Positions 44,553-52,656 of a DNA stretch of 56,408 nucleotides are shown piece after piece. The notes beneath the pieces are model-generated. The model was not told the DNA's origin and did not search any database. It saw only the letters and a program-made list of their open reading frames with translations. Made by a program: the position numbers and the translations under genes. This DNA comes from Candidatus Pacearchaeota archaeon CG_4_10_14_0_2_um_filter_35_33. Its GTDB lineage: Archaea > Nanobdellota > Nanobdellia > Pacearchaeales > GW2011-AR1. Numbering within the stretch: position 1 is the stretch's first letter; each line of letters starts with the position of its first letter. The stretch is taken from NCBI GenBank assembly GCA_002792635.1, contig PFOR01000013.1:1-56408 (forward strand). The letters run 5' to 3'.

Positions 44553-46232
44553 TTACTTAACTCTGGTCTCAACCAATTTTCCAGCATTAATAAAGTTAAC
44601 CTTGTCATTAATCAAATCCCTTAAAACTCCTATTAACCTATCAATCTTAACTCTTATCTGTCTAGTTGAATCCCTATCTCTAATTGTAACACTTTTATCC
44701 TTTAAAGAATCCTGGTCAACTGCAATACAATAAGGCGTTCCAATCTCGTCCTGTCTGCTATATCTTCTCCCAATTGAACCAGATTTATCAAACAAAACAT
44801 TCCATTCCTCTTTTAATTCCTTGAAGATTGAATATCCCATATCTGCAACATCTCCTTTTCCAACTAAAGGCAAGACAGTCGCCTTATAAGGTGCAATCTT
44901 GGGATTCAAGTGCAAAACAACATTATCTCTTTTCTGATCCATTTCATAAGCATCTAGCAAGAAAACTAGGAATGCTCTTCCAATTCCAAGAGAAGGCTCA
45001 CAAGCCACTTCAGCTAAAATTCTTTTCTTACTTTCCTCATCAAAAACCTCAAAACTCTTTTTGCTAGCTTCTTGATGTTGAGTCAAATCATAATTCCCCC
45101 TATTAGCAAAACCCTGCAACTCTCTCCAACCCATGGGAAATTTATATTCTAAGTCCCATGTGTCAACAGCATAATGGCTCTTTTCTTTTTCAGTATGCTG
45201 TCTAGCCCTAAAATGCTCGGGATTTGCACCATTAAGAATAAACCAACCATATTCCTGCGCAAGCCAATAAGCCTGCCAATCTCCAATCAAACCCTTCTTC
45301 CAAGCATCATAAATTTCTATTTCTTTCCCTTCGCTATTTTCATTCTGATCCTTACCAGTAAGCATTCTAATCTTAATTCCCTGTATCTCATCAATCCATT
45401 CACACTTCATTCCAGGTTTGATAAAATATTCAATCTCCATTTGTTCAAATTCTCTGCTTCTAAACAAAAATTCCCTTGGCGCAATTTCATTTCTAAATGC
45501 CTTCCCGATTTGTGCTATTCCTCCTGGAAGCTTCATCCTAGCATTATCAAAAACATTCCTAAAATTAACAAAAATTGACTGTGCTGTTTCAGGACGTAAA
45601 TAAGAATCCTGTCCATTCGTAGGCCCAACTTTAGTCACAAACATAGGATTAAACTTTCCCTCAATCTTATATCTATCATCTTTATAATTATCCAATTCAT
45701 GAGCATCAACTTTAAACCTCTCTTTCTTCTTTTTATCATAAACTATGTAGTCCAAAAAACTTTCAACATGTCCTGAAGCCTCCCAAACTTTTGGATTTGT
45801 GATAATTGATCCATCAATCCCCTCCATATCCTCTCTATTCCTGACATGGAAATTCCACCAAGAATCTTTTATATTTCTCACAACTTCAACACCTAAATGC
45901 CCAAAATCCCAGAATCCTGAAAGGCCACCATAGACCTCTGCAGAAGGGTAAACAAACCCTTTCCGCTTACAATAACTAGCCAACTCATCAATCCCTATTT
46001 CAGTTTTCTCCCATCTTTTATCTTTTTTCTCGCTCATTTCCTTACTTTTATCTTCTGGCTTTTTAATTTCTTTCCTATTTTTCTCTTCAAAATCTCTCAT
46101 CTTTCTTTCAGCCTCTTTCCTAGTCTTTCCAAGATAAGTAACAGTCACAGCCTTAACTTTTCCCTTCACCCTCTTCGACTCTCTAAGATAATAATACCCC
46201 TTGCCATTAATCTTCTTCTCCACAATAAACAT
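44553..46232 (-). CDS. glyS: Glycyl-tRNA synthetase (alpha2 archaeal/eukaryotic type) with about 85-aa N-terminal extension
   Basis: RKGFVYPSAEVYGGLSGFWDFGHLG, GKAFRNEIAPREFLFRSREFEQME, PSLGIGRAF. Extension carries GKGYYYLRESKRVKGKVK..YLGK. Confidence 0.95.
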   Translation of the reverse strand: MFIVEKKINGKGYYYLRESKRVKGKVKAVTVTYLGKTRKEAERKMRDFEEKNRKEIKKPEDKSKEMSEKKDKRWEKTEIGIDELASYCKRKGFVYPSAEVYGGLSGFWDFGHLGVEVVRNIKDSWWNFHVRNREDMEGIDGSIITNPKVWEASGHVESFLDYIVYDKKKKERFKVDAHELDNYKDDRYKIEGKFNPMFVTKVGPTNGQDSYLRPETAQSIFVNFRNVFDNARMKLPGGIAQIGKAFRNEIAPREFLFRSREFEQMEIEYFIKPGMKCEWIDEIQGIKIRMLTGKDQNENSEGKEIEIYDAWKKGLIGDWQAYWLAQEYGWFILNGANPEHFRARQHTEKEKSHYAVDTWDLEYKFPMGWRELQGFANRGNYDLTQHQEASKKSFEVFDEESKKRILAEVACEPSLGIGRAFLVFLLDAYEMDQKRDNVVLHLNPKIAPYKATVLPLVGKGDVADMGYSIFKELKEEWNVLFDKSGSIGRRYSRQDEIGTPYCIAVDQDSLKDKSVTIRDRDSTRQIRVKIDRLIGVLRDLINDKVNFINAGKLVETRVK

Positions 46233-46237
46233 ATCTT

Positions 46238-46317
46238 ACCCACTACACCAGCATATTTAAATGTTGATTTTATAGGCACTACATTACCCACTACAGCAAA
46301 TAATTAGGCACTACACA
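46238..46317. repeat. Four copies of TA(CCC/GGC)ACTACA in the glyS upstream region
   Basis: tacccactaca 46238, taggcactaca 46273, tacccactaca 46286, taggcactaca 46305. TATA-like tttaaata (minus strand) at about 46253..46262. Confidence 0.6.
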
Positions 46318-46347
46318 AATTTTATTTCGGAACATTCGAATCCAACA

Positions 46348-46421
46348 AGCGCAGGGCCGGATTCGAACCGGCGGAATACCCGGGTTGCAGCCGAGCGCGT
46401 TAACCACTTCGCCACCTGCGC
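46348..46421 (-). tRNA. tRNA-Cys(GCA)
   Basis: Minus strand GCGCAGG..CTCGG-CTGCAAC-CCGGG..GCCGG-TTCGAAT-CCGGC-CCTGCGC-T (U73 discriminator). Confidence 0.85.
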
Positions 46422-46459
46422 ATGATTTATCTACAAGTAAAGCGTATTTAAAAATATCC

Positions 46460-47184
46460 TTAGGGTAAACCTATGACATTACTAGCCTCATTATTAAATT
46501 CATCAACCTCGTCTATCCTAGCCGAAGTATCTATATTGAACCTAACAGATAAGTCTCCAAAAGACCTATTTGTATATTGATAAGTAACATTAATAGCACC
46601 TCCAACAGGAACGATAGCAGTGGCTTTTACAAGTTGAAGCAAATCTCCATTTTCAGTATCAATAAAACTACAGAAGAAATCTTCCTCAATGGGAACACTT
46701 CCTGTGTTAGTAACAGTCCCTATTAAATCAATTTTACAGGTCGCATTTCCTCCCCCCCGCATTCAACAATACTAAGTGTTAATTTAGACGCCTCCAAATC
46801 CACAACTCCTTCCTCAATCACTTCTTCAAAATAAAAACTACAAGAGGAACTATTAGAATTCCAAACACAACCGCATTCAACAGCATCTCCACAACCATTA
46901 GAATTCCATTCATCTTGGTCAATAGCGACATTTTCCGAATCTAAATTGCAAGCCTCCTCCGCTAAATAGTCGGAACACACTGGTTTTACAGGAACAGGCA
47001 AATCATCTGAAAGTAAACCTTCATCCGGGTTTTCTGTTGACTGTTCATCTTGTCCGGTTTCACTACCATCAGAACTACCAGCGAACCAGTCTCCAACAGG
47101 AAAAAACAAAGTGAATATAACAATTACACCTATAACAACAATGAACATCAAAGCAATCGCATAATACCCTCTTTTATTCATCAA
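46460..47184 (-). pseudogene. Surface protein gene (signal anchor, Cys-rich region, CARDB-like domain) split by a frameshift at a G7 tract
   Basis: ORFs 46723..47184 and 46460..46762 overlap at C7 (plus strand 46752..46758). One extra G would fuse ..SIVECGGGGNATCKIDLIGTVTNTG.. C-terminal ..IDEVDEFNNEAS is CARDB-like. Confidence 0.6.
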
Positions 47185-47241
47185 CTAAGAAAGAAAACCC
47201 AATTTAAAATCTTTTTCCAACAACCTCCGACAAGTTTGATA

Positions 47242-47316
47242 CGGCCCCGACAGGATTCGAACCCGCGACCTACTGCTTAGAAGGCAGTCGCTCTATCCAG
47301 ACTGAGCTACAGGGCC
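47242..47316 (-). tRNA. tRNA-Arg(TCT)
   Basis: Minus strand GGCCCTG-TA-GCTC-AGTCTGGATA-GAGC-G-ACTGC-CTTCTAA-GCAGT-AGGTC-GCGGG-TTCGAAT-CCTGT-CGGGGCC-G. Confidence 0.8.
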
Positions 47317-47419
47317 ACAGATTAAAAGATAAAAATAGTTATTTAAACGTTACTCTTATCCCATATGTGTTATCAGAACTTAGGAGTTAAGCCTTACAGA
47401 TTAGAATAAATCCCCTCCT

Positions 47420-47581
47420 TTACTTCCTTCTTAACCCTATGAATCTCTTTGAGAATCTCTTGCCACAATCCTTACAGCCGAACCTTTGGACTTCACCTCT
47501 GTTTTGGGTTTTTCTTGTTCCTTTCCTTATCACATTGTCAGAATTACAAAAATACAGGAAACCTTTTATATTTCTCCTCTC
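47420..47581 (-). pseudogene. Fragment of a transposase N-terminal zinc-ribbon region (no start codon)
   Basis: ..CNSDNVIRKGTRKTQNRGEVQRFGCKDCGKRF.. aligns with CSSKNIIKFGTRKTQIGEKQRFNCKDCQKKF of the 31228..32460 transposase. Confidence 0.45.
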
Positions 47582-47751
47582 TTATCTCTTTAGATTTCAT
47601 TTGATGTCGCAATTGGTAAAATCTGAGGGTTCTTCGAAATCTTCACCCACTTAGGTATAACCTATCTAGGTAATAATACTATTTAAACATTTCTATAGTA
47701 AAGTATAACCTTTGCAGGTAAGTTTATATACTCATGATTCTCTATAAAAAT

Positions 47752-47898
47752 ATGGGAAAAATAAAAATTCAGGTTGAGGGGTTCAAGTGTGATAGATGTG
47801 GGCATGAATGGATTCCTAGAAGCAAAGAATATCCAACGATATGTCCAAAGTGCAAAAGCCCATATTGGGATAAACCCAGAAAGAAAAAGAAAACTTAA
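47752..47898 (+). CDS. 48-aa zinc-ribbon protein (below the ORF-track cutoff)
   Basis: MGKIKIQVEGFKCDRCGHEWIPRSKEYPTICPKCKSPYWDKPRKKKKT. TATA-like aagtttatatact about 25 nt upstream. Confidence 0.5.
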   Translation: MGKIKIQVEGFKCDRCGHEWIPRSKEYPTICPKCKSPYWDKPRKKKKT

Positions 47899-47944
47899 TT
47901 TTTTACTTGTTTAAGTCCCGCAGATGCAACAATACATTCCAAGC

Positions 47945-50900
47945 TTAATTTTTCAATTTGATGTGTCTTTTCTCGTGGTGGATGTTATGTCTAGTCTTAT
48001 AATGGTATTTTCTAATAAGCTTCAAAACAAAAACAACAGAACCTAAAATAAGAACTATCAATCCAAACAAAGACAAGGATCTTAAATTACTATCCGAAAT
48101 CGCGAATCCTGCAAGTCCTGATTCGCTCAGCAAAACTGCTCTTTCCAAAACAATACTTTCATCCCCATTAGATGCTTCTAAAACTAGGCTAAATTCGCCA
48201 AACGCATCCTTAGGAAGCGGAACTTCAAAGCCAAATTCCTGTTCTAAACCACCGTTAAGATAAACATTTTCAACACCAGAGCCTACCTCAATTCCACTGG
48301 GGTTGTACAACTGATAAGAAATCTCAATACCTTGTCCTTCATCTACAAAACTTATCAAATTCGTAGTAACATCTAATTCAGTTCCCTTTCTGACAGCACT
48401 CAAAAATTCAAAATTAAAATCAGAAGGTGTTACAACAATGTTAAATCCTGCAAATGCCGTAACCTCTGTGCAAGCCACCCTCAAATTAGATTCATACTCT
48501 CCAGGTTCTGCATTTAATGGAATATTTACATCAAATAAAAAATTAACAGACTGTCCCGAAGCAAGAGATTCAATCTGATCCGATTCAATCCATGAACTAA
48601 TTTCGCCTAAGCCCGTTACTTCACAATCATTCAAAAACCTCTGTCCGGTATTCAAAACAAAAAGACCTACTTGCTGAGACTCCCCTCTCTTCAGGCTAAC
48701 TGAATCAACACCACCAATATCCAATCCTGCATTTCCCTCAAGTCCCGGATTTCCTCCACCCCCGCCTCCACCACCTCCACCTCCACCCCCACTTCCAGAA
48801 CCTGCTGAAACTGTAAATCTACTTGTCTTAGATTCGCTATTTCCTGCTGAATCTTCTCCAGTTACTTCAATATTATAAGTTCCTGTAACCAAAACATTTA
48901 TCGTTGTGTTTGTGCACCCCGAAATAACACCCACGGTAACTTCCACACCGTTGCTTGCTAAAGTAACATTATAAGTGCATAAAACAGGGCTTAAGTTATC
49001 ACTAACATTAACTGTAACTGGAATATTGGGCGTGCTTGTATAAGTTCCCGTAGGCTCTTCTATCGTAATATTTGGAGGAGTAACATCAGAAACCAAACTC
49101 CTATTCCCTGTCCAAACAACACTTCCATCGTCACAAGAAATGGCCCAACTATAATTTCCTTCTGCCAGTTCCAGATTAAAACTATTTTCCTGACCAGATA
49201 TGGCTCCAGAGTCAGTTTGGTTCAAAGAATAAGTCCCATTAAAATCACCATGCAAACTACATGAGCTCAAGCTCCCAGATTCGGGAATGTAAACAAAGTC
49301 TACCGAACTAACATTGGTATAATTATTCTGCTTAGGATATAAAAGATGGATTCCTAAATTGCCTGAATCAACAAAGAACATCAAATTATCAACATCTTCC
49401 AATCCTTCAACACTTTCATTTACATAAACTTTCAAATCATAAACTCCGTCTCCTCCAACACTCAGACTGCTATTAGCACATCCAGGCAGAGTATTATTTG
49501 TTCCACCATCTAGGGAGTACCCGCATGAATCAACACTACCTTGAACAGAAAAATTCAAATCAATAGTGGTTAAATTATAAACAGATGCATAACTTGGATA
49601 AACAACACTAACATTTGGTTGAACTGCTACCTGGGAAGGAAATTCAACATTGAACACAACACTGCTTGAATTTTCATTTCCGGCACTATCATTAATCCAT
49701 GCCTGCCAAGTATTGCTTCCCTCATCTGCCATCAGGCTTGCGTTTTCTCCACAGATAAGGCTGGTGTTTGTTGTTCCCCCATCAACACTATACCAACAGC
49801 TATCTGGATTAATTTCTGTAAATGTGTAATTCAAATCAATAGAAGTATAATTATAACTAATATTCAAAGGATTTGTAATGTTTATCTCAGGATAGATGCT
49901 ATCAACAAAGAATGTAACACTGCTTGAATTTTCATTTCCGGCACTATCATTAATCCATGCCTGCCAAGTATTGCTTCCCTCATCTGCCATCAGGCTTGCG
50001 TTTTCTCCACAGATAAGGCTGGTGTTTGTTGTTCCCCCATCAACACTATACCAACAGCTATCTGGATTAATTTCTGTAAATGTGTAATTCAAATCAATAG
50101 AAGTATAATTATAACTAATATTCAAAGGATTTGTAATGTTTATCTCAGGATAGATGCTATCAACAAAGAATGTAACACTGCTTGAATTTTCATTTCCTGA
50201 TGTGTCATTTGCCCATACTATCCATGTGCTACTTCCTTCCTCCGAATCCAGGCTAGTAACATTATCTCCGCATGTTATGGATGTATTTGTTGTTCCAGAA
50301 TCTACTGAATACCAACAACTATCCAAGGCAGTCTCATCACTAGCCGAATAATTTAATTCTGTCTGCACAGAATTATAACTTGTATTGGCTGGATATACAA
50401 GCTCAACCAAAGGAAGAGTTGTATCTGAAACAGTAGCATCGCCCGTAATTATAATGTTATCAATAGCACAATAATCGGCACTCGTAAGAGGAGATTCAAC
50501 CCTTATGCCTGCACCAGACAAAAGCCCATGCATTGTAATATTATAAGAATAAGGATCATAATCATCATCCTCATTAGTTAAATTCAACAATTGAACATCA
50601 TCAGTCCCATTAGTGTAATAATAATAACAATATTCATCAGATTCAAGAGATTGTGCAGTTGCAAAAAAACTAAGGTTAACAAAACTGTATCCACTGCTAT
50701 CAAAACCTCTTGTTGCAACACATGCTGAATCCCCCCTCATATGATAATTTCCTATCGATCCACCCAATCCAGTAATTTTACATCCACCAGAAAAAGCCCA
50801 TGCTCCATCCCAACCAGAACCACAATTATTAGCACCACATTCAAAATCATCCGCTGCAATCTGTACAGCAGATACTGCAGAAACAAGAAACATAAATATA

Positions 50901-51055
50901 AACAACACAATAACCATCTTTCCTCCCTTGCTTAAAATTTCTTTCATAACTAATTCTATTTTCTTTGAAAAAATGGTGGCATTATCTTTGCAGTATTTCT
51001 GAAAAGCTTTGTAAACCTTAGAATCAATACTAAGAGTCACCTTCTTTTTCGCCAT
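47945..51055 (-). CDS. Giant two-TM surface protein with N-terminal RHH-like module, lectin-like domain, Ig-like repeats, poly-Gly linker, CARDB-like region, C-terminal TM and His/Lys tail
   Basis: MAKKKVTLSIDSKVYKAFQKYCKDNATIFSKKIELVMKEIL, then MVIVLFIFMFLVSAVSA. Repeated ..CWYSVDGGTTNTS.. modules, G13 linker, C-terminal LFGLIVLILGSVVFVL. Confidence 0.7.
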   Translation of the reverse strand: MAKKKVTLSIDSKVYKAFQKYCKDNATIFSKKIELVMKEILSKGGKMVIVLFIFMFLVSAVSAVQIAADDFECGANNCGSGWDGAWAFSGGCKITGLGGSIGNYHMRGDSACVATRGFDSSGYSFVNLSFFATAQSLESDEYCYYYYTNGTDDVQLLNLTNEDDDYDPYSYNITMHGLLSGAGIRVESPLTSADYCAIDNIIITGDATVSDTTLPLVELVYPANTSYNSVQTELNYSASDETALDSCWYSVDSGTTNTSITCGDNVTSLDSEEGSSTWIVWANDTSGNENSSSVTFFVDSIYPEINITNPLNISYNYTSIDLNYTFTEINPDSCWYSVDGGTTNTSLICGENASLMADEGSNTWQAWINDSAGNENSSSVTFFVDSIYPEINITNPLNISYNYTSIDLNYTFTEINPDSCWYSVDGGTTNTSLICGENASLMADEGSNTWQAWINDSAGNENSSSVVFNVEFPSQVAVQPNVSVVYPSYASVYNLTTIDLNFSVQGSVDSCGYSLDGGTNNTLPGCANSSLSVGGDGVYDLKVYVNESVEGLEDVDNLMFFVDSGNLGIHLLYPKQNNYTNVSSVDFVYIPESGSLSSCSLHGDFNGTYSLNQTDSGAISGQENSFNLELAEGNYSWAISCDDGSVVWTGNRSLVSDVTPPNITIEEPTGTYTSTPNIPVTVNVSDNLSPVLCTYNVTLASNGVEVTVGVISGCTNTTINVLVTGTYNIEVTGEDSAGNSESKTSRFTVSAGSGSGGGGGGGGGGGGGNPGLEGNAGLDIGGVDSVSLKRGESQQVGLFVLNTGQRFLNDCEVTGLGEISSWIESDQIESLASGQSVNFLFDVNIPLNAEPGEYESNLRVACTEVTAFAGFNIVVTPSDFNFEFLSAVRKGTELDVTTNLISFVDEGQGIEISYQLYNPSGIEVGSGVENVYLNGGLEQEFGFEVPLPKDAFGEFSLVLEASNGDESIVLERAVLLSESGLAGFAISDSNLRSLSLFGLIVLILGSVVFVLKLIRKYHYKTRHNIHHEKRHIKLKN
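49661..50196. repeat. Perfect 258-nt tandem duplication (2.07 copies) inside the giant gene; a third diverged copy follows
   Basis: actgcttgaattttcatttcc.. recurs at 49661, 49919 and 50177. Encodes an identical 86-aa Ig-like module twice. Confidence 0.95.
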
Positions 51056-51182
51056 TTGAACCTAAACGAATTCAAACTTATAAAGATTTTCCTTTTACAG
51101 CAAAATACATATCTATCCTTACATATACAGAAATATACATAAGAAATTTAAAATCAAAAAAGGAAAAGAAAAAAAGAAAAAA

Positions 51183-52559
51183 TTACTCAGCCAAAACTCT
51201 GACGTTATCTACATAACAGCTTTCCGAAACAGCCCCAACTTCACACTTAAATCTAATCTTGCTGGTGCCACTTGGTATGCTAAAGCTCTTGAAGACAAAA
51301 TTGCTATTCGTCTCCCCTTCACTTCCTAAATGCTCAACTGAAACCCAATTACCATCGAAATAGCTGACTTCAAAATCGTCTGCGGCATCTAATCCAACAA
51401 GTTTCCTATAATACTCAAGCATAGCACTTGAATAACCAGAAACGTCTATCGTTGTCTCTAAAAAGCTATCATCTCCAGCCCCTGTTCTTTTTGCTCTTGC
51501 TACCCAGTTTCCTTCAAATGCGCCATCAGACGCATACCATTCTCTTCCTGTTCCATACAGGTTCCATCCAGCTAAATCGCCAGATTCAAATCCATCTGCA
51601 AAGATTTCAACAGGACCAATAGGATCTGTTTCATCATTGTCATCAGCACTTGAACAGCCAGGATCAGCCATATCAATTAACTGATCTCCATCGTTGTCAA
51701 TACCATCATTACACTGCTTAGGTTGTGCATAAGGGGGAACATAGAAGTTCGTTCCAGAAACATCATTGATATTGTTGGCAAGCCATTTGTAGTTTTCAGT
51801 TCTCTGCTCAGTTGTCAATCCAGAAATTCCGTCATCCTCGTAAGCCTCTGCATGTACACTCATCAAAAGCATATTTTCATACTTTATAGACGAAGGTAAA
51901 TCGCTCGGTATATCCGAAAAGCTCATAATCTTTTCTCCAAGAATATCCGAAGGTGTATCTCTCCAACCTCTTGTAGGGCCACCATAATAAATCATCTCAT
52001 GACCATTGTCCATGGTTGTAAGAGCATATCCTGGATTTTCGTCATAATTAGCTATATCTGTTATAGAGCCTTCCAATGTAGGATACCTTCCTAACAAATC
52101 AGGCCAATCATAGTAATCACCCTGCCAGTGATAATCACCAGCCATATAGAAGAATCCTGCACAAATTCCAAGATAACTTCCGCCATCATTGTCTATAAAG
52201 TCAAGAATGTTAGCCTTTCCTTCAGCTCCGAGAGACCTTTGCATGTAATAAGCATTACCTCCCGGCTGGACATAAAGCTCCACGTTTGGGTAATCGGACA
52301 AATCACAATTATTGGAAACATCTCTGCTATCCAAAAATACATAGTTTATGGAAGAATCATAAGATTTCCACCAATCCATGAACTGGGTTATCCAGGACTT
52401 GCTAAGATCCCCAACGCCTCCAAATCCAGTATCTCCATATACAACAACATTTGTATCTGGTTTTATTGGACACTTAACTGGTTTTCCAGCTTCAGCATAA
52501 CCCACGAAAACGAAGGCAACTAATAGAAAAACTACAAATAAAACAAAATACTTATTCAT
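51183..52559 (-). CDS. Secreted protein: BPL_N/GATase1-like domain, Ca-binding-like DNDGD motif, C-terminal lectin-like beta-sandwich
   Basis: Signal peptide. LYVQPGGNAYYMQ..GGSYLGICAGFFYMAGDY, CNDGIDNDGDQLIDMADPGC, FESGDLAGWNLYG..CYVDNVRV. Confidence 0.55.
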   Translation of the reverse strand: MNKYFVLFVVFLLVAFVFVGYAEAGKPVKCPIKPDTNVVVYGDTGFGGVGDLSKSWITQFMDWWKSYDSSINYVFLDSRDVSNNCDLSDYPNVELYVQPGGNAYYMQRSLGAEGKANILDFIDNDGGSYLGICAGFFYMAGDYHWQGDYYDWPDLLGRYPTLEGSITDIANYDENPGYALTTMDNGHEMIYYGGPTRGWRDTPSDILGEKIMSFSDIPSDLPSSIKYENMLLMSVHAEAYEDDGISGLTTEQRTENYKWLANNINDVSGTNFYVPPYAQPKQCNDGIDNDGDQLIDMADPGCSSADDNDETDPIGPVEIFADGFESGDLAGWNLYGTGREWYASDGAFEGNWVARAKRTGAGDDSFLETTIDVSGYSSAMLEYYRKLVGLDAADDFEVSYFDGNWVSVEHLGSEGETNSNFVFKSFSIPSGTSKIRFKCEVGAVSESCYVDNVRVLAE

Positions 52560-52656
52560 CTTAATACCTCCTTTCAGCTATATTACACCCAAATGTTTTA
52601 AACTTTTAAAGATTTGTATAACAAAGTTATATAAAACTAAAATCATTCATTAAAAT

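Noticed and set aside
47050-47280. 76-aa plus-strand ORF
   Set aside because: It runs antisense through the surface-protein gene and into tRNA-Arg. Spurious.
47439-47654. 71-aa plus-strand ORF
   Set aside because: It is antisense to the transposase zinc-ribbon remnant, which explains the open frame better. No promoter motif is present.
48735-48800. GC-rich cctccacc repeats as a possible structured or repeat element
   Set aside because: It simply encodes the in-frame Gly13/Ser linker of the 1036-aa protein.
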